From: Terrimicrobiaceae bacterium
GTDB taxonomy: Bacteria; Verrucomicrobiota; Verrucomicrobiia; Chthoniobacterales; Terrimicrobiaceae
Reading direction: 5' to 3'
DNA length: 64,000 nucleotides
Assembly: GCA_044342325.1 (NCBI GenBank)
Contig: JBIIPZ010000001.1
Coordinates: 64,001 to 128,000 of the forward strand
The position numbers and the translations under genes were made by a program. This document shows positions 18,688 to 28,370 of this stretch, piece after piece (within the stretch, counting starts at the first letter, position 1; each line of letters opens with the position of its first letter). Under the pieces are notes generated by a model that saw only the letters and a list, made by a program, of their open reading frames with translations, did no database searches and was not told where the DNA came from.

Positions 18688-18772
18688 GCTCACGTGGCGG
18701 AACTGGCAGACGCATACGACTCAGGATCGTATGGGGTAACCCGTGGAGGTTCGAGTCCTCTCGTGAGCACCA
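18688..18772 (+). tRNA. tRNA-Leu (anticodon CAG)
   Basis: Acceptor GCTCACG/CGTGAGC, D-arm GGCGGAACTGGCAGACGC, anticodon arm TACGA-CTCAGGA-TCGTA, long variable arm, GTTCGAGTC, encoded CCA. Confidence 0.97.
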
Positions 18773-18796
18773 TCCTTTTCCGGATATCGAAATAAA

Positions 18797-19495
18797 GTGG
18801 AATCTCAACTTGCCCAAAAAAATCCGGAGTTCGTGCGAAGCACCTTCGCTTCGATTGCCGGGCGATACGATCTGGCGAATCACTTGCTCAGCGGCGGGAT
18901 GGATTTTATCTGGAGAGCCAAGCTAGCTCGGCTTGTGGCTGCGTGTCATCCGTCGGAGGTTTTGGATTTGGCCACCGGCAGTGGAGACTTGGCTTTGGCT
19001 ATTAAGAAAGCCTGCCCGAAAGTCCGAATCACTGCTGCGGATTTTTGCTTGCCGATGTTGGAACAGGCGCGGCTCAAGGGGGTCGAGAGGTTGGTCCAAG
19101 CGGATGGCTTGGCGTTGCCCTTTTCCGATGGGTCTTTTGATGTGCTGACGGTCGCCTTTGGTCTTCGCAACATGGCGGATTGGAAGGCGGCGATCCTGGA
19201 GATGAACCGCGTTCTTCGGCCAGGTGGAGTTGTGTTTATTTTGGATTTTTCGCTGCCTGAGTGGGAGCCTCTGTTGTCCTTTTATCGCCTCTATCTCCAC
19301 CATGTGTTGCCACGATTGGCGCATTGGGCCACGCAGCGCAAGGAGGCGTATGAGTATCTCGGCGGCTCGATCGAGACATTTCCGAGCGGTCGGAAAATGA
19401 ATGCACTTCTCGAGGAGTGCGGCTTTTTCTGCGAGGCACCGCGACCTCTCACGCTCGGCGTCGTGTCGATTTATCAGGCGAGGAAAAGAGGGTAG
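18797..19495 (+). CDS. ubiE: Ubiquinone/menaquinone C-methyltransferase (UbiE/MenG)
   Basis: [43 protein letters not shown]. Confidence 0.92.
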   Translation: MESQLAQKNPEFVRSTFASIAGRYDLANHLLSGGMDFIWRAKLARLVAACHPSEVLDLATGSGDLALAIKKACPKVRITAADFCLPMLEQARLKGVERLVQADGLALPFSDGSFDVLTVAFGLRNMADWKAAILEMNRVLRPGGVVFILDFSLPEWEPLLSFYRLYLHHVLPRLAHWATQRKEAYEYLGGSIETFPSGRKMNALLEECGFFCEAPRPLTLGVVSIYQARKRG

Positions 19496-19514
19496 GTTTT
19501 TTGCGGCGCCTTTT

Positions 19515-19618
19515 GTGAATGAAAAATGGGCCATGCCGGAGGATGGGCCATGGTCACGAGGCGCGCTGTCGCGCGGTTTTTTTGTGGGAGGGTCAGCGTC
19601 TCGCCTGACCCAAAATTT
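19515..19618. repeat. REP doublet (REPIN-like)
   Basis: aaatgggccatgccggagg... plus spacer plus tgggagGGTCAGcgtctcgcCTGACCcaaa; near-identical to 22930-23037. Confidence 0.85.
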
Positions 19619-19718
19619 CGGGTGCGGCGGGCTTTCGTTTTGCAGAGTGGTGAGAGGATGGCGGGGCGTGTTGGACTGGGGAGTGGTTCGGGAGTTTTTT
19701 TGAGTTTCGACGGGTTAT

Positions 19719-19784
19719 GTGAATTGAAAATGGGCCATGCCGGAGGACGGCCCTCCCATTGGCACGAATCGCGCTGCCGCGCGG
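19719..19784. repeat. REP unit
   Basis: gtgaattgaaaatgggccatgccggaggacggccctccca..cgcgctgccgcgcgg. Confidence 0.85.
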
Positions 19785-19797
19785 TGGTGTGTTGTTT

Positions 19798-20877
19798 TTA
19801 GTCGCCGAAGGAGATTTCGACGGCGCGGGCGTGTTCCACCAATTGGTCGCTGGGATCGACACGGCGCATTTTGTGGACGGCATCGGAGATTGGGACGGCG
19901 CAGGTGGAGTGGTTTTTGTAGCTCACCATGGAGCCGAATTTTCCTTCTTCGAGGAGCTGAACGGCTTTGATGCCGAAGCGGGTGCCGAGGATACGGTCGA
20001 GCATGGTGGGGGCGCCTCCGCGTTGGAGGTGGCCAAGGACGCAGGTGCGAACCTCTTTTCCGGTGCGGTTGCCGATTTCGCGCCCGACGATTTCGGCAAT
20101 GCCACCAAGGCGGTTTTCGCCGTTGGCGGATTGGAGTCGAGAGACCTTGCCGTCTTTTGGTTTTGCTCCCTCGGCGACGACGACCATGGTGCATTTGGCG
20201 CCTTCCTTTTCACGGCGCAGGACCTCTGCTGCCACTTTGGAAAACTCAAACGGAATTTCTGGAATGAGAATAATGTCAGCGCCTCCTGCCAAACCGCCGT
20301 GGAGGGCGATCCAGCCGGCGTGGCGGCCCATGACTTCGATCACCATCACGCGCTTGTGGCTGGTGGCCGTGGTGTGCAGGCGGTCGAGGGAACTGGCGAC
20401 GCATTCCACAGCAGAGTCGAAGCCGAATGTCATGTCGGTGGCCTCAAGATCATTGTCGATGGTTTTTGGAACTCCGATGACTGGCAGTCCCGCATGGTGC
20501 ATCTGGAGTGCGGTATTCAGGGATCCGTCGCCGCCGACCACGATGAGGCCATGGAGATTCAGGGATTGGAATGTCTGTCGTGTTTTGCCAAGCACCTCGG
20601 CCGGGATGAAGGAGCCTTGGCGGCCATTGCCGCGCGAGATGAACTGGCCTTTATTGACGGTGCCGAGGAGGGTGCCGCCAAGGTGCATGATGCCTGCTGT
20701 GGCGCGGCGGTTCAGAACGACATGTGTCGCTGGCGCGAGGAGACCCTCAAAGCCATCCTGAAATCCGATCAACTCCCAGCCGAGTTTCTCGGAGGCACGG
20801 CTGGCGGAGCGCAGCACGGCGTTGAGGCCGGGGCAGTCGCCGCCGCTGGTGAGAATCCCAATGCGTTTACGCTCCAT
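19798..20877 (-). CDS. pfkA: 6-phosphofructokinase (mixed-substrate group, GGDG type)
   Basis: TSGGDCPGLNA, GGDGS, PKTIDND, EVMGRHAGWIA, LGHLQRGG. Confidence 0.93.
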   Translation of the reverse strand: MERKRIGILTSGGDCPGLNAVLRSASRASEKLGWELIGFQDGFEGLLAPATHVVLNRRATAGIMHLGGTLLGTVNKGQFISRGNGRQGSFIPAEVLGKTRQTFQSLNLHGLIVVGGDGSLNTALQMHHAGLPVIGVPKTIDNDLEATDMTFGFDSAVECVASSLDRLHTTATSHKRVMVIEVMGRHAGWIALHGGLAGGADIILIPEIPFEFSKVAAEVLRREKEGAKCTMVVVAEGAKPKDGKVSRLQSANGENRLGGIAEIVGREIGNRTGKEVRTCVLGHLQRGGAPTMLDRILGTRFGIKAVQLLEEGKFGSMVSYKNHSTCAVPISDAVHKMRRVDPSDQLVEHARAVEISFGD

Positions 20878-20886
20878 GGAAGCGCC

Positions 20887-21804
20887 TCAGAGGCTTGTTG
20901 ATTTCTTCGTCGGGCGGCCTTCGGCGGCCCAGGCGTCGTAGAGGCTCCAGCCGTGTCTCAGGAGGGTCTGCCCTTCGCCAAAGCGATTCGGGGAATTCAG
21001 GACCACGACATTGATTCGGCGTGGGGTGATGAACACTGTCTCGCCTTCGCGCTGGGATTCCGGCGAGCGGGTGGATGAGAGGATGAGGCAATCCCCGGCG
21101 CGGCGGGTGCGGCCGGTTTTCACGCCGTCGATGCCATCTTTGCCGAGGAGTTCGTTGGTGTTGTTGATTTCGATGGGCGTGTCGATGCCGCCCCGGAAGA
21201 TATGAATCTGGCGGGATTTTTGGGACACATAGAAAGTAAAGCCGGCGTTGTTGTAGGCGTAGAGGACGAGACGAGCGAGATCCTCCGCTGTCGAGTGGGG
21301 AGTGGCGATGTCGGTGCGGTGATCCATTCCCGAGGGGTTCAGGAAAAGAGTTCGCTTCATGAACAGCGTTCGGGCGAGGGCGTTCATGTGGGCGACGAAA
21401 TTTTCCACGGGAGGGAGTTCCTGGGGATTTGCGACTTGGGCGCCAATATGGTTCGCGAGGGTGTGGGCGGCGATGTTATCTGAGGCAAGAAGCGCGCAGT
21501 AGATGAGGTCGCGCAGGCTCACCGAGTCGCCGGGTTGGAGGCCAACGGTGCTCACGGCTCCCTCTGCGTTGGCGTTAGCTGGGACCTCGGCGAGTGCAGC
21601 AAGGTCGGCTTTGTTGAGGTCTGCCCAATCGAGCGCAACGAGCGCCGTGGCGATCTTGGTCAAGCTGGCAATCTGGACCTTGGCGTTCTTGTTTTTGGAA
21701 TCCAGAATAGTCCCAGTCTGGTTATCGACGATGATGTAGCTCTCAGCGGCCTGTGAGGACCAAAGGAACGCGCTGAGAAGAGTGGTGATGATGAGTTTTT
21801 TCAT
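20887..21804 (-). CDS. D-Ala-D-Ala carboxypeptidase (peptidase S11)
   Basis: Signal peptide; SLTK, SDN and KTG motifs. Confidence 0.9.
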   Translation of the reverse strand: MKKLIITTLLSAFLWSSQAAESYIIVDNQTGTILDSKNKNAKVQIASLTKIATALVALDWADLNKADLAALAEVPANANAEGAVSTVGLQPGDSVSLRDLIYCALLASDNIAAHTLANHIGAQVANPQELPPVENFVAHMNALARTLFMKRTLFLNPSGMDHRTDIATPHSTAEDLARLVLYAYNNAGFTFYVSQKSRQIHIFRGGIDTPIEINNTNELLGKDGIDGVKTGRTRRAGDCLILSSTRSPESQREGETVFITPRRINVVVLNSPNRFGEGQTLLRHGWSLYDAWAAEGRPTKKSTSL

Positions 21805-21921
21805 TGCGCCTGCGGCGAGGAAAGTATGGTTAGGCGCGACGATAGCGGCAGGGGGTGCCGTTTCAAATCCTTTTCAAAAAAGAAGGATTTCCCCGGCGGG
21901 CGGACATGGTATTCACGCTTG

Positions 21922-22890
21922 ATGCGTATTCTTTCCGGCATCCAACCTTCGGGAACCCTTCACCTGGGAAATTACTTCGGCATGATGAAGCCCGCGATCG
22001 AACTTCAGGAGCAGGGTGAGGCCTACTATTTCATAGCGGATTTTCACGCCCTTACGAGTGTGCACGACGCCGCCGCGCTACGGGCCAATGTGCGGGAGTT
22101 GGCGGTGGACTTTCTCGCCTGCGGGCTCGATCCGGCGCGGGCTGTTTTCTTTCGTCAATCGGATGTGCCCGCCGTCACCGAGTTGTCATGGATTCTCAGC
22201 ACCGTGACTCCCATGGGGCTGTTGGAGCGGTGTCACTCGTTCAAGGACAAGACTGCAAGGGGTCTGGCAGCATCGCATGGCTTGTTTGCTTATCCGGTGC
22301 TGATGGCGGCCGATATTTTGATTTGTGACAGCGATCTTGTGCCAGTCGGTCGGGATCAGAAACAGCATCTTGAGGTGACTCGCGACATTGCGGTGAAGAT
22401 GAACGAAACTTTCGGGGAGATTTTTAAACTCCCGCTGCCGAGTATTCGGGATGAGACGGCTGTCGTGCCCGGACTGGACGGGGCGAAGATGAGCAAAAGC
22501 TACAACAACACCATTGAGATTTTTGCTCCTGAGGCTGCGCTGCGGAAAAAGATCATGGGCATCAAAACCGATTGCACGCCTGTCGAGTCGCCCAAGCCTG
22601 TCGAGGGTTCGGTGATTCTGGATCTCTACAAGCTCGTCGCGTCGCCGGGAGATTTTCAGTCCATGCTTGCTGCGTTCCACAACGGTGGCACGGGCTACGG
22701 GGATTTGAAGAAGCAGCTCTTCGCTGGAATCTGGGAATACTTCGCGCCTTTCCGTGTGCGCCGTGAGGAGATTCTCGCCGATGCCGGTCTGGTTGACCGA
22801 GTCCTCGCGAACGGTGCTGCAAAGGCCCGTGAGGTGTCGGATCGCGTTATGAAGCGTGTGCGGGCAGCGGTGGGGATTGGGGAGTGCTGA
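21922..22890 (+). CDS. trpS: Tryptophan--tRNA ligase
   Basis: SGIQPSGTLHLGNY, YPVLMAADIL, VPVGRDQKQH, KMSKS. Confidence 0.97.
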   Translation: MRILSGIQPSGTLHLGNYFGMMKPAIELQEQGEAYYFIADFHALTSVHDAAALRANVRELAVDFLACGLDPARAVFFRQSDVPAVTELSWILSTVTPMGLLERCHSFKDKTARGLAASHGLFAYPVLMAADILICDSDLVPVGRDQKQHLEVTRDIAVKMNETFGEIFKLPLPSIRDETAVVPGLDGAKMSKSYNNTIEIFAPEAALRKKIMGIKTDCTPVESPKPVEGSVILDLYKLVASPGDFQSMLAAFHNGGTGYGDLKKQLFAGIWEYFAPFRVRREEILADAGLVDRVLANGAAKAREVSDRVMKRVRAAVGIGEC

Positions 22891-22929
22891 GGGGGAAGGG
22901 CGGTGGCGGAAAGTGGTCTGTGGCTTTTG

Positions 22930-23037
22930 GTGAATTGAAAATGGGCCATGCCGGAGGAGGGCCCTCCCATGGGCACGAGGCGCGCTGCCGCGCGGATTTT
23001 TTTGTGGGAGGGTCAGCGTCTCGCCTGACCCAAATTT
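22930..23037. repeat. REP doublet (REPIN-like)
   Basis: Inverted pair of TGGGAG-led hairpins separated by a cgcgctgccgcgcgg spacer. Confidence 0.85.
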
Positions 23038-23140
23038 GAATACGGTGGGCGGTTTTTAGAGACGGAATGGAGGCGTGCAAGGAATGGTGAGGGCAGTGCT
23101 AGGCAAAAGGGGGGGGCTGGTTTGTGTTTCGGCGCGTTTT

Positions 23141-23197
23141 GTGAATGGAAAATGGGCCATGCCGGAGGAGGGCCCTCCCATGCGCACGAGGCGCGCG
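23141..23197. repeat. REP unit
   Basis: gtgaatggaaaatgggccatgccggaggagggccctccca. Confidence 0.85.
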
Positions 23198-23203
23198 AGC
23201 AGC

Positions 23204-23240
23204 AAAAAGCGGATGCCTCCTTTGGGTGGCATCCGCTTTG
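23204..23240. terminator. Bidirectional intrinsic terminator (trpS/greA)
   Basis: aaagcggatgcc-N10-ggcatccgcttt. Confidence 0.8.
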
Positions 23241-23256
23241 TGAGTTGTGACCGGTT

Positions 23257-25143
23257 TTAGTTGGAGGTGGCCATTCCGGCGGGGATGGCGTGGACTTTTG
23301 AGCGCAGGAGTTCGAGATCGGTGAAGGTTTTGATCGACTCGATGGTCACCTTGCGAGTGCCGTTTTCGGCGGGCAGTTCCAAGGTGGTGCCTGCGGCTGC
23401 GCCGAGGAGGGCTTGGCCGACGCCGGCTTTGTAGGAGACGATGCCGAGGTCGGGTGCGCTATCCCACGCTCCGAGGATACTGAATGTTTCCTTGGAGCCG
23501 TCTTCATTTTTGACGGCGACGACGGTTCCGATGGAAACCGTGGCTGTTGACGGAGTCTCGAAGTTTGTTCCGCGGGCGATAACCAAGTCGTGTTCCATCT
23601 CGGCGCGGCGGCGTTGGAGGACGCGCTGGTGCTCCTTGGCGGCCTTGAATCCCGCGTTTTCGCGCAGATCGCCTTGTTCCTTTGCGATGTTGATGTCGCG
23701 GAGGTTTTGCGGGATTTCTTTGGTGATGAGGTTGTCGAGTTCGGCTTTGCGTTTTTCGAGGCTGGCCCAGGACACGATGAGGTTATCGGCTTTCTCTTCA
23801 TCTTGATGTGCGCCGGTGATCATGCTCTGGGTATCCGGGTAGAGCTTGACGATGCGGGCCATGAGCGAGCGCTTGGAGAGGTCTTCAATCGCCGGAGTGA
23901 GCAGGAGTTTCCGCATGGAGTCGCGAACGACATCGCGGCTGGCTCCGATGAGAAGGTCGCCGATGAGGTCTCCGTCGTCGATGAGGAGGTCCTTGAGTCG
24001 CGAGGTGCGTTTTTCAGCGAGCAGATCTGCCTCGAGTGCGCTGAAAACGGCCGCGAGTAGCTCTGCGTTGAAGAGGGCTGGGAAGCGTTTGTCGCGCTCT
24101 TTGCAGAGCCAGATGAGCATCTCGGAGGAAATCGAGCGCTCACTGATCCATTTCTCGACGGTGGCTTGGAACTGCTCCTTGCGTTTGTGTTTTTCAAACA
24201 GGCGGCAGATGTCTGAAATCAAGCGGGCGCCAGCGGTGGGGAGGAGGGCGATTGCTTTGTCGCCCCAGACTTCGCCATATGCGGGTTCGAGGGCTTCGAG
24301 CACGCGCTTTTCCTTCGAACCTGGGATGGACTCCAGAATTTGACCGAGTTTTCCAGGTTCGGAGGCGATGATATTGGCGATGGTGGGAGATTCGGCTCCG
24401 GCTTGGAGATTGGGGAATTTCTCAAGCAGGTCATCGCGGGCGATGAGAATCTCAATGGCTGAGGCTGGATTCAGACGGCGGGCGCGCAGGGCGGCTTCTT
24501 CGATGAGTGTGACGATGGCTGGGAGTTCATCTTGGCTGCCTGCGAGGTCGTCGAGGGATTTCGAAATCTCTTCAAGAGCGAGAACTTGATCGCGCGTATG
24601 GCGTGCGGAGCGGAATCCATCGAGGAGACGCGATCCCGAATTCACCGGGGTGTCCAGCAGCACATAGGGGTCGGTTTTTTTCGCTGGCATGCCAAATTGT
24701 CCGTCGGACTTCATTTTCTTCCGGGCGGCATCCCACCAGCGTTTCAAGGCGGCGGCGTCGAAAACGCCTGGGCTGAGCGCAGACGCGATCTGGTCGCTTG
24801 TGGCTTTGCCACCGAAGTCTGTGAGGATTTTTTTGATCAGCGCGGAGGAGTCGGATTTTGCGAGTTCGCGAATGCTGTCCGGATTGGTCTCACGCTGGGC
24901 GAGGATGTGGTCCTCGGCGATAGGTGTGAGGGTCTCAGCCGCATAGACGGCCTGCATGGGGTGGTTTTTCTTGGTCTTGAAATCAATCAGGACCTGGCCG
25001 GCGAGAAGGTTCCATTCCGCGACACGTCCGAAGCCCCAGCTCTTGTGGGTGCAGTAGGATCCGGGCGTGAGGCGGGCGAGCCTGTCGGCAGTTTTTTTAT
25101 CGAGGGCGCCGCTCTCAACGGCTTGGGCGAGTTCATCTGTCAT
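23257..25143 (-). CDS. greA: Long-form GreA transcription elongation factor with large N-terminal extension
   Basis: C-terminal AKEQGDLRENAGFKAAKE, SILGAWDS, SYKAGVGQALLG; N-terminal HKSWGFG. Confidence 0.88.
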   Translation of the reverse strand: MTDELAQAVESGALDKKTADRLARLTPGSYCTHKSWGFGRVAEWNLLAGQVLIDFKTKKNHPMQAVYAAETLTPIAEDHILAQRETNPDSIRELAKSDSSALIKKILTDFGGKATSDQIASALSPGVFDAAALKRWWDAARKKMKSDGQFGMPAKKTDPYVLLDTPVNSGSRLLDGFRSARHTRDQVLALEEISKSLDDLAGSQDELPAIVTLIEEAALRARRLNPASAIEILIARDDLLEKFPNLQAGAESPTIANIIASEPGKLGQILESIPGSKEKRVLEALEPAYGEVWGDKAIALLPTAGARLISDICRLFEKHKRKEQFQATVEKWISERSISSEMLIWLCKERDKRFPALFNAELLAAVFSALEADLLAEKRTSRLKDLLIDDGDLIGDLLIGASRDVVRDSMRKLLLTPAIEDLSKRSLMARIVKLYPDTQSMITGAHQDEEKADNLIVSWASLEKRKAELDNLITKEIPQNLRDINIAKEQGDLRENAGFKAAKEHQRVLQRRRAEMEHDLVIARGTNFETPSTATVSIGTVVAVKNEDGSKETFSILGAWDSAPDLGIVSYKAGVGQALLGAAAGTTLELPAENGTRKVTIESIKTFTDLELLRSKVHAIPAGMATSN

Positions 25144-25259
25144 CCCCTCTGTTGTCACAGAAAACCCCCTATTGATGCAAGGGGAAGAAAATCGGGGCTT
25201 CCTGTGGACGGTGAAGTTTTCCCTTGCGGGTTCGGGCCGTCGCGGCAATGTCTGCGGCC

Positions 25260-25874
25260 ATGAGCAAAACTGAGGAACAGGTATTGGTGGTGAAACGGGA
25301 ATTCTTTGACGGCCTGGGAAGCTTTCAGGGCCTATGCCGGAGGGTGGATGACTACCTGCCTGCCTTCATGAAAAAGGAGAACAACTTCTTCGTGCCTCGC
25401 GGCGCGGCGGAGGAGGATCCCTCGCTCAAGCAGATCATACCCTACGCCGTTTTCCGCCATGGCGGGCGCATTCTGCATTACACACGCGGTGCGAAATCCG
25501 GCGAGAAGCGCCTCGTGGCGAAGTCCTCGATCGGCATCGGCGGCCATGTGAATGACACGGATGAGTGTCAGCATTTCGATCAAGCGACTTATCACAATGC
25601 CGTGAAGCGCGAGATCAGCGAGGAGTTGCGGCTCGGCGGCGGTTTCACCGAGCGGGCAGTTGCTTTGATCAACGACGATTCCAGCGAGGTTGGGCGGGTG
25701 CATTTGGGTATCGTGCACATCGTCGATTTGGAAAATGACAGTGTGAGCGCCGGCGAGAAGGCGATTGCCGAGTTGGGTTTTGCCACGCGCGCTGAGTTGC
25801 TGGCGCGGCGGGATTCCTTTGAAACCTGGTCGCAGATCGTGCTCGACGGGTTGGACGAACTCGACACCTTTTAG
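25260..25874 (+). CDS. Predicted Nudix-family phosphoesterase
   Basis: AEEDPSLKQIIPY, GEKRL..KSSIGIGGHVN, REISEE, INDDSSEVGRVHLG. Confidence 0.85.
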   Translation: MSKTEEQVLVVKREFFDGLGSFQGLCRRVDDYLPAFMKKENNFFVPRGAAEEDPSLKQIIPYAVFRHGGRILHYTRGAKSGEKRLVAKSSIGIGGHVNDTDECQHFDQATYHNAVKREISEELRLGGGFTERAVALINDDSSEVGRVHLGIVHIVDLENDSVSAGEKAIAELGFATRAELLARRDSFETWSQIVLDGLDELDTF

Positions 25875-25919
25875 CCTGCGCCCTTGCATGGCGTGGCGGG
25901 GTTTCGCATGATTTCCAGC

Positions 25920-26891
25920 ATGGATTATTTGAAGCTGGCGCGCCGTGTTTTTGAGATCGAGCTTTCCGAGATCGAGGCCACGGCCGCGCGCTTGGATGGT
26001 CAGTTTGTGGCGGCCGTCGATCTCATCAAGGCAGCCGTGGAGCGGCGCAACAAAGTCGTTGTCCTTGGCGTCGGAAAATCCGGGCACATTGGCGAAAAAA
26101 TAGCCGCCACGCTCACCAGCACTGGCAGCACGGCGGTCGTTCTGAATTCACTGAACGCCCTGCATGGCGACCTCGGCATCGTTGCCGACGGGGATGTTGT
26201 GCTGGCCCTGAGCTACAGCGGGGAGACGCAGGAGTTGCTGGCTGTGCTACCTGCCATCGTCCGCTTCGGCTTGCCGATTATCGCAATCACCGGTGATAAA
26301 AATTCCTCCCTCGCTAAGGCTGCGCAGGTCGTGCTGGATGTTTCTGTGACGCAGGAGGCGTGTCCGTTGAACCTCGCGCCGACATCGAGCACGACGGCGA
26401 TGCTGGTTCTCGGTGATTCGCTGGCGATGGTGCTCCTCGAGAGCCGGGGATTTCAAAAAGAGGATTTTGCAAGGTTCCACCCCGGAGGCAGCCTCGGGCG
26501 CTCGTTGCTGCTGCGGGTGAACCAAATCATGCGGCCGGTTGCGGAGATGGCGGTCATCTCGCCGGAGACACCAATTCTGGAGGCCATCCAGGCTATGACA
26601 TCCAAGCGGGCCGGTGCTGCTGTGGTCATTCATCAGGATAGCACGCTTGCCGGCATCTTCACCCACGGCGACTTCGCGAGGCACTTTCCCGAGAACCCGG
26701 GTATCGCCAATGCGCCGGTGGGGGATTTTATGAGTTTGCGGCCGGTGACTGTGGATGGCAACAAGCTCGCCGCCGAGGCGCTTCAAATTCTGGAGCGTCA
26801 CCGTATCGATGATCTCGTGGTGGTCGATGAAGGGCGGCACCCGATCGGCGTTGTCGACTCGCAGGACCTCACTCGCCTGAAGATCCTTTGA
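25920..26891 (+). CDS. kdsD: Arabinose-5-phosphate isomerase (KpsF/GutQ, SIS plus CBS)
   Basis: GVGKSGHIG, ALHGDLG, SYSGET, EACPLNLAPTSST, FHPGGSLG, CBS pair. Confidence 0.95.
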   Translation: MDYLKLARRVFEIELSEIEATAARLDGQFVAAVDLIKAAVERRNKVVVLGVGKSGHIGEKIAATLTSTGSTAVVLNSLNALHGDLGIVADGDVVLALSYSGETQELLAVLPAIVRFGLPIIAITGDKNSSLAKAAQVVLDVSVTQEACPLNLAPTSSTTAMLVLGDSLAMVLLESRGFQKEDFARFHPGGSLGRSLLLRVNQIMRPVAEMAVISPETPILEAIQAMTSKRAGAAVVIHQDSTLAGIFTHGDFARHFPENPGIANAPVGDFMSLRPVTVDGNKLAAEALQILERHRIDDLVVVDEGRHPIGVVDSQDLTRLKIL

Positions 26892-27457
26892 TTCTCGCCT
26901 TCCACAAACCCTACGGCGTGCTCTCGCAGTTCACGCCGGATGGCAGCGCGAACCGTCCGCTGGCGGAGTTTGGATTTCCGAAGGGGGTTTATCCTGTCGG
27001 GCGTCTGGATGCGGACTCTGAGGGATTGCTTTTGCTCTCTGACGAGGCGCGTTGGAATGAGCGTCTGCTCTCGCCCTCCAATCATGTGGAAAAAACCTAC
27101 CATGTCCTTGTCGAGCGATTGCCTGACGAGTCGGCGCTGCGGCAGCTTCGCGATGGCGTCGTGCTTGACGGGAAGCCCACGCTGTCTGCAGGTGCCGGAT
27201 TTTTGGATCCCCAGCCGGAATTTCCGCCGCGCGATCCTCCGGTTCGTTTTCGAAAAAATGTGCAGGATTTCTGGATCGAGTTGCGCCTGCGCGAGGGGCG
27301 GAACAGGCAGGTGCGGCGCATGACGGCTGCGGTCGGGCATCCGACGCTGCGGTTGGTGCGCATGGCGATTGGGGGAGTTCGGCTCGGGAGTTTGGTTTGT
27401 GGAAGTTGGCGGGAATTGACGGTCGGGGAGATCGGGATGCTGACGGGCGGATCGTGA
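26888..27457 (+). CDS. rluE: Pseudouridine synthase (RsuA/RluE family, no S4 domain)
   Basis: FHKPYGVLSQF, GRLDADSEGLLLL, EGRNRQVRRMTAAVGHPTLRL. Confidence 0.88.
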   Translation: MILAFHKPYGVLSQFTPDGSANRPLAEFGFPKGVYPVGRLDADSEGLLLLSDEARWNERLLSPSNHVEKTYHVLVERLPDESALRQLRDGVVLDGKPTLSAGAGFLDPQPEFPPRDPPVRFRKNVQDFWIELRLREGRNRQVRRMTAAVGHPTLRLVRMAIGGVRLGSLVCGSWRELTVGEIGMLTGGS

Positions 27458-27479
27458 GAGACGCCGCTTCGCGGCTGAG

Positions 27480-27512
27480 AAATGGGGCATGCGAGACGAT
27501 GCCCCTCCCAGA
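27480..27512. repeat. REP unit (reverse orientation)
   Basis: Reverse complement reads TGGGAGGGGCATCGTCTCGCATGCCCCATTT. Confidence 0.75.
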
Positions 27513-27533
27513 TTTACGAATCGCGCCGGCGGG

Positions 27534-27908
27534 CTATTTCTGGGGGAGGAGCGTCAACTGCGAGGCCTTAGTCACCTTGATTTGTGTCTTGGATTTGTAG
27601 GCTTCGAGGATTCCTCGCACTTCCACGCGCTGGCCTTTGTATTTTTCGAGATCGCCGATGGCTTTGTAGGCAGCTGGAAAAATCGCTGCCACGAATCCGC
27701 GCTCGCGGTCGGTGGTGAAATCAAGGAAGCGAATCTTGTCGGCGTCGCTTTTGCCTACGGAGATCACTTTGCCCCGCACTACGGCTTCTTGTCCGATGGA
27801 TGCAAAAAGTTTCTCCGTCTTTCGGGCGTCGATGGAAGGCGTTTTGCCTGCGAGTGCGGTGTGGCAGATAGCCAGCACCAACGCGACCGGGATAAAAAAC
27901 CGACTCAT
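27534..27908 (-). CDS. Exported OB-fold-like protein
   Basis: Signal peptide; IGQEAVVRGKV, FLDF, YKGQRVEVRGILEAYKSKTQIKV. Confidence 0.65.
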   Translation of the reverse strand: MSRFFIPVALVLAICHTALAGKTPSIDARKTEKLFASIGQEAVVRGKVISVGKSDADKIRFLDFTTDRERGFVAAIFPAAYKAIGDLEKYKGQRVEVRGILEAYKSKTQIKVTKASQLTLLPQK

Positions 27909-27918
27909 TTGAGGAGTT

Positions 27919-28296
27919 TTACTCAAAGCCCATGCCCAGGCAGTCGAGCATTTTGGTTGTGAGATCCTTCTCGAAAAATGGCTTGGTCATGTAGGCCGTG
28001 GCTCCGGCCTTGATGGCTGTGATGATTGCATCCTTGCTGCCTTCTGTGGTCAGCATGAGCACGGGGAGTGATTTCCAGCGTTCGTCGGCGCGGATGCGAG
28101 TGAGAAATTCGAGCCCATTCATGTTCGGCATATTCCAGTCCAGGCAAACGAGTGAGAACCCCTGGGGGTCGGCTTCGAGGACGCCAAGGGCTATGTGTCC
28201 ATCCTCTGCGGGAACGCACTCTGCACCTATAACCGATGCGGCAGAGGCCACGATGCGGCGAATAAGCATGGAGTCATCAACAGCTAAGACTTTCAT
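27919..28296 (-). CDS. cheY: Single-domain response regulator
   Basis: VLAVDDS, LDWNMPNMNG, MLTTE, YMTKPF. Confidence 0.9.
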   Translation of the reverse strand: MKVLAVDDSMLIRRIVASAASVIGAECVPAEDGHIALGVLEADPQGFSLVCLDWNMPNMNGLEFLTRIRADERWKSLPVLMLTTEGSKDAIITAIKAGATAYMTKPFFEKDLTTKMLDCLGMGFE

Positions 28297-28330
28297 AGTT
28301 TGGGGCGGGCTTCTGAAATGTAGGATTTTG

Positions 28331-28368
28331 AAAAAAACAAGCAATACGAATTCATGGTAGTCGTATTG
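28331..28368 (-). terminator. Weak terminator-like hairpin between the soluble MCP and cheY
   Basis: CAATACGA-N11-TCGTATTG followed by CTTGTTTTTTT on the minus strand. Confidence 0.35.
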
Positions 28369-28370
28369 AA

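Noticed and set aside
18688..18800. tRNA-Leu as an island integration site
   Set aside because: No integrase, no visible duplicate of the tRNA 3' end, and ubiE follows directly.
19515..23197. Repeated 30-100 nt units as a CRISPR array
   Set aside because: Units are dispersed, occur in both orientations, lack regular unique spacers, and no cas genes are present; they fit REP/REPIN.
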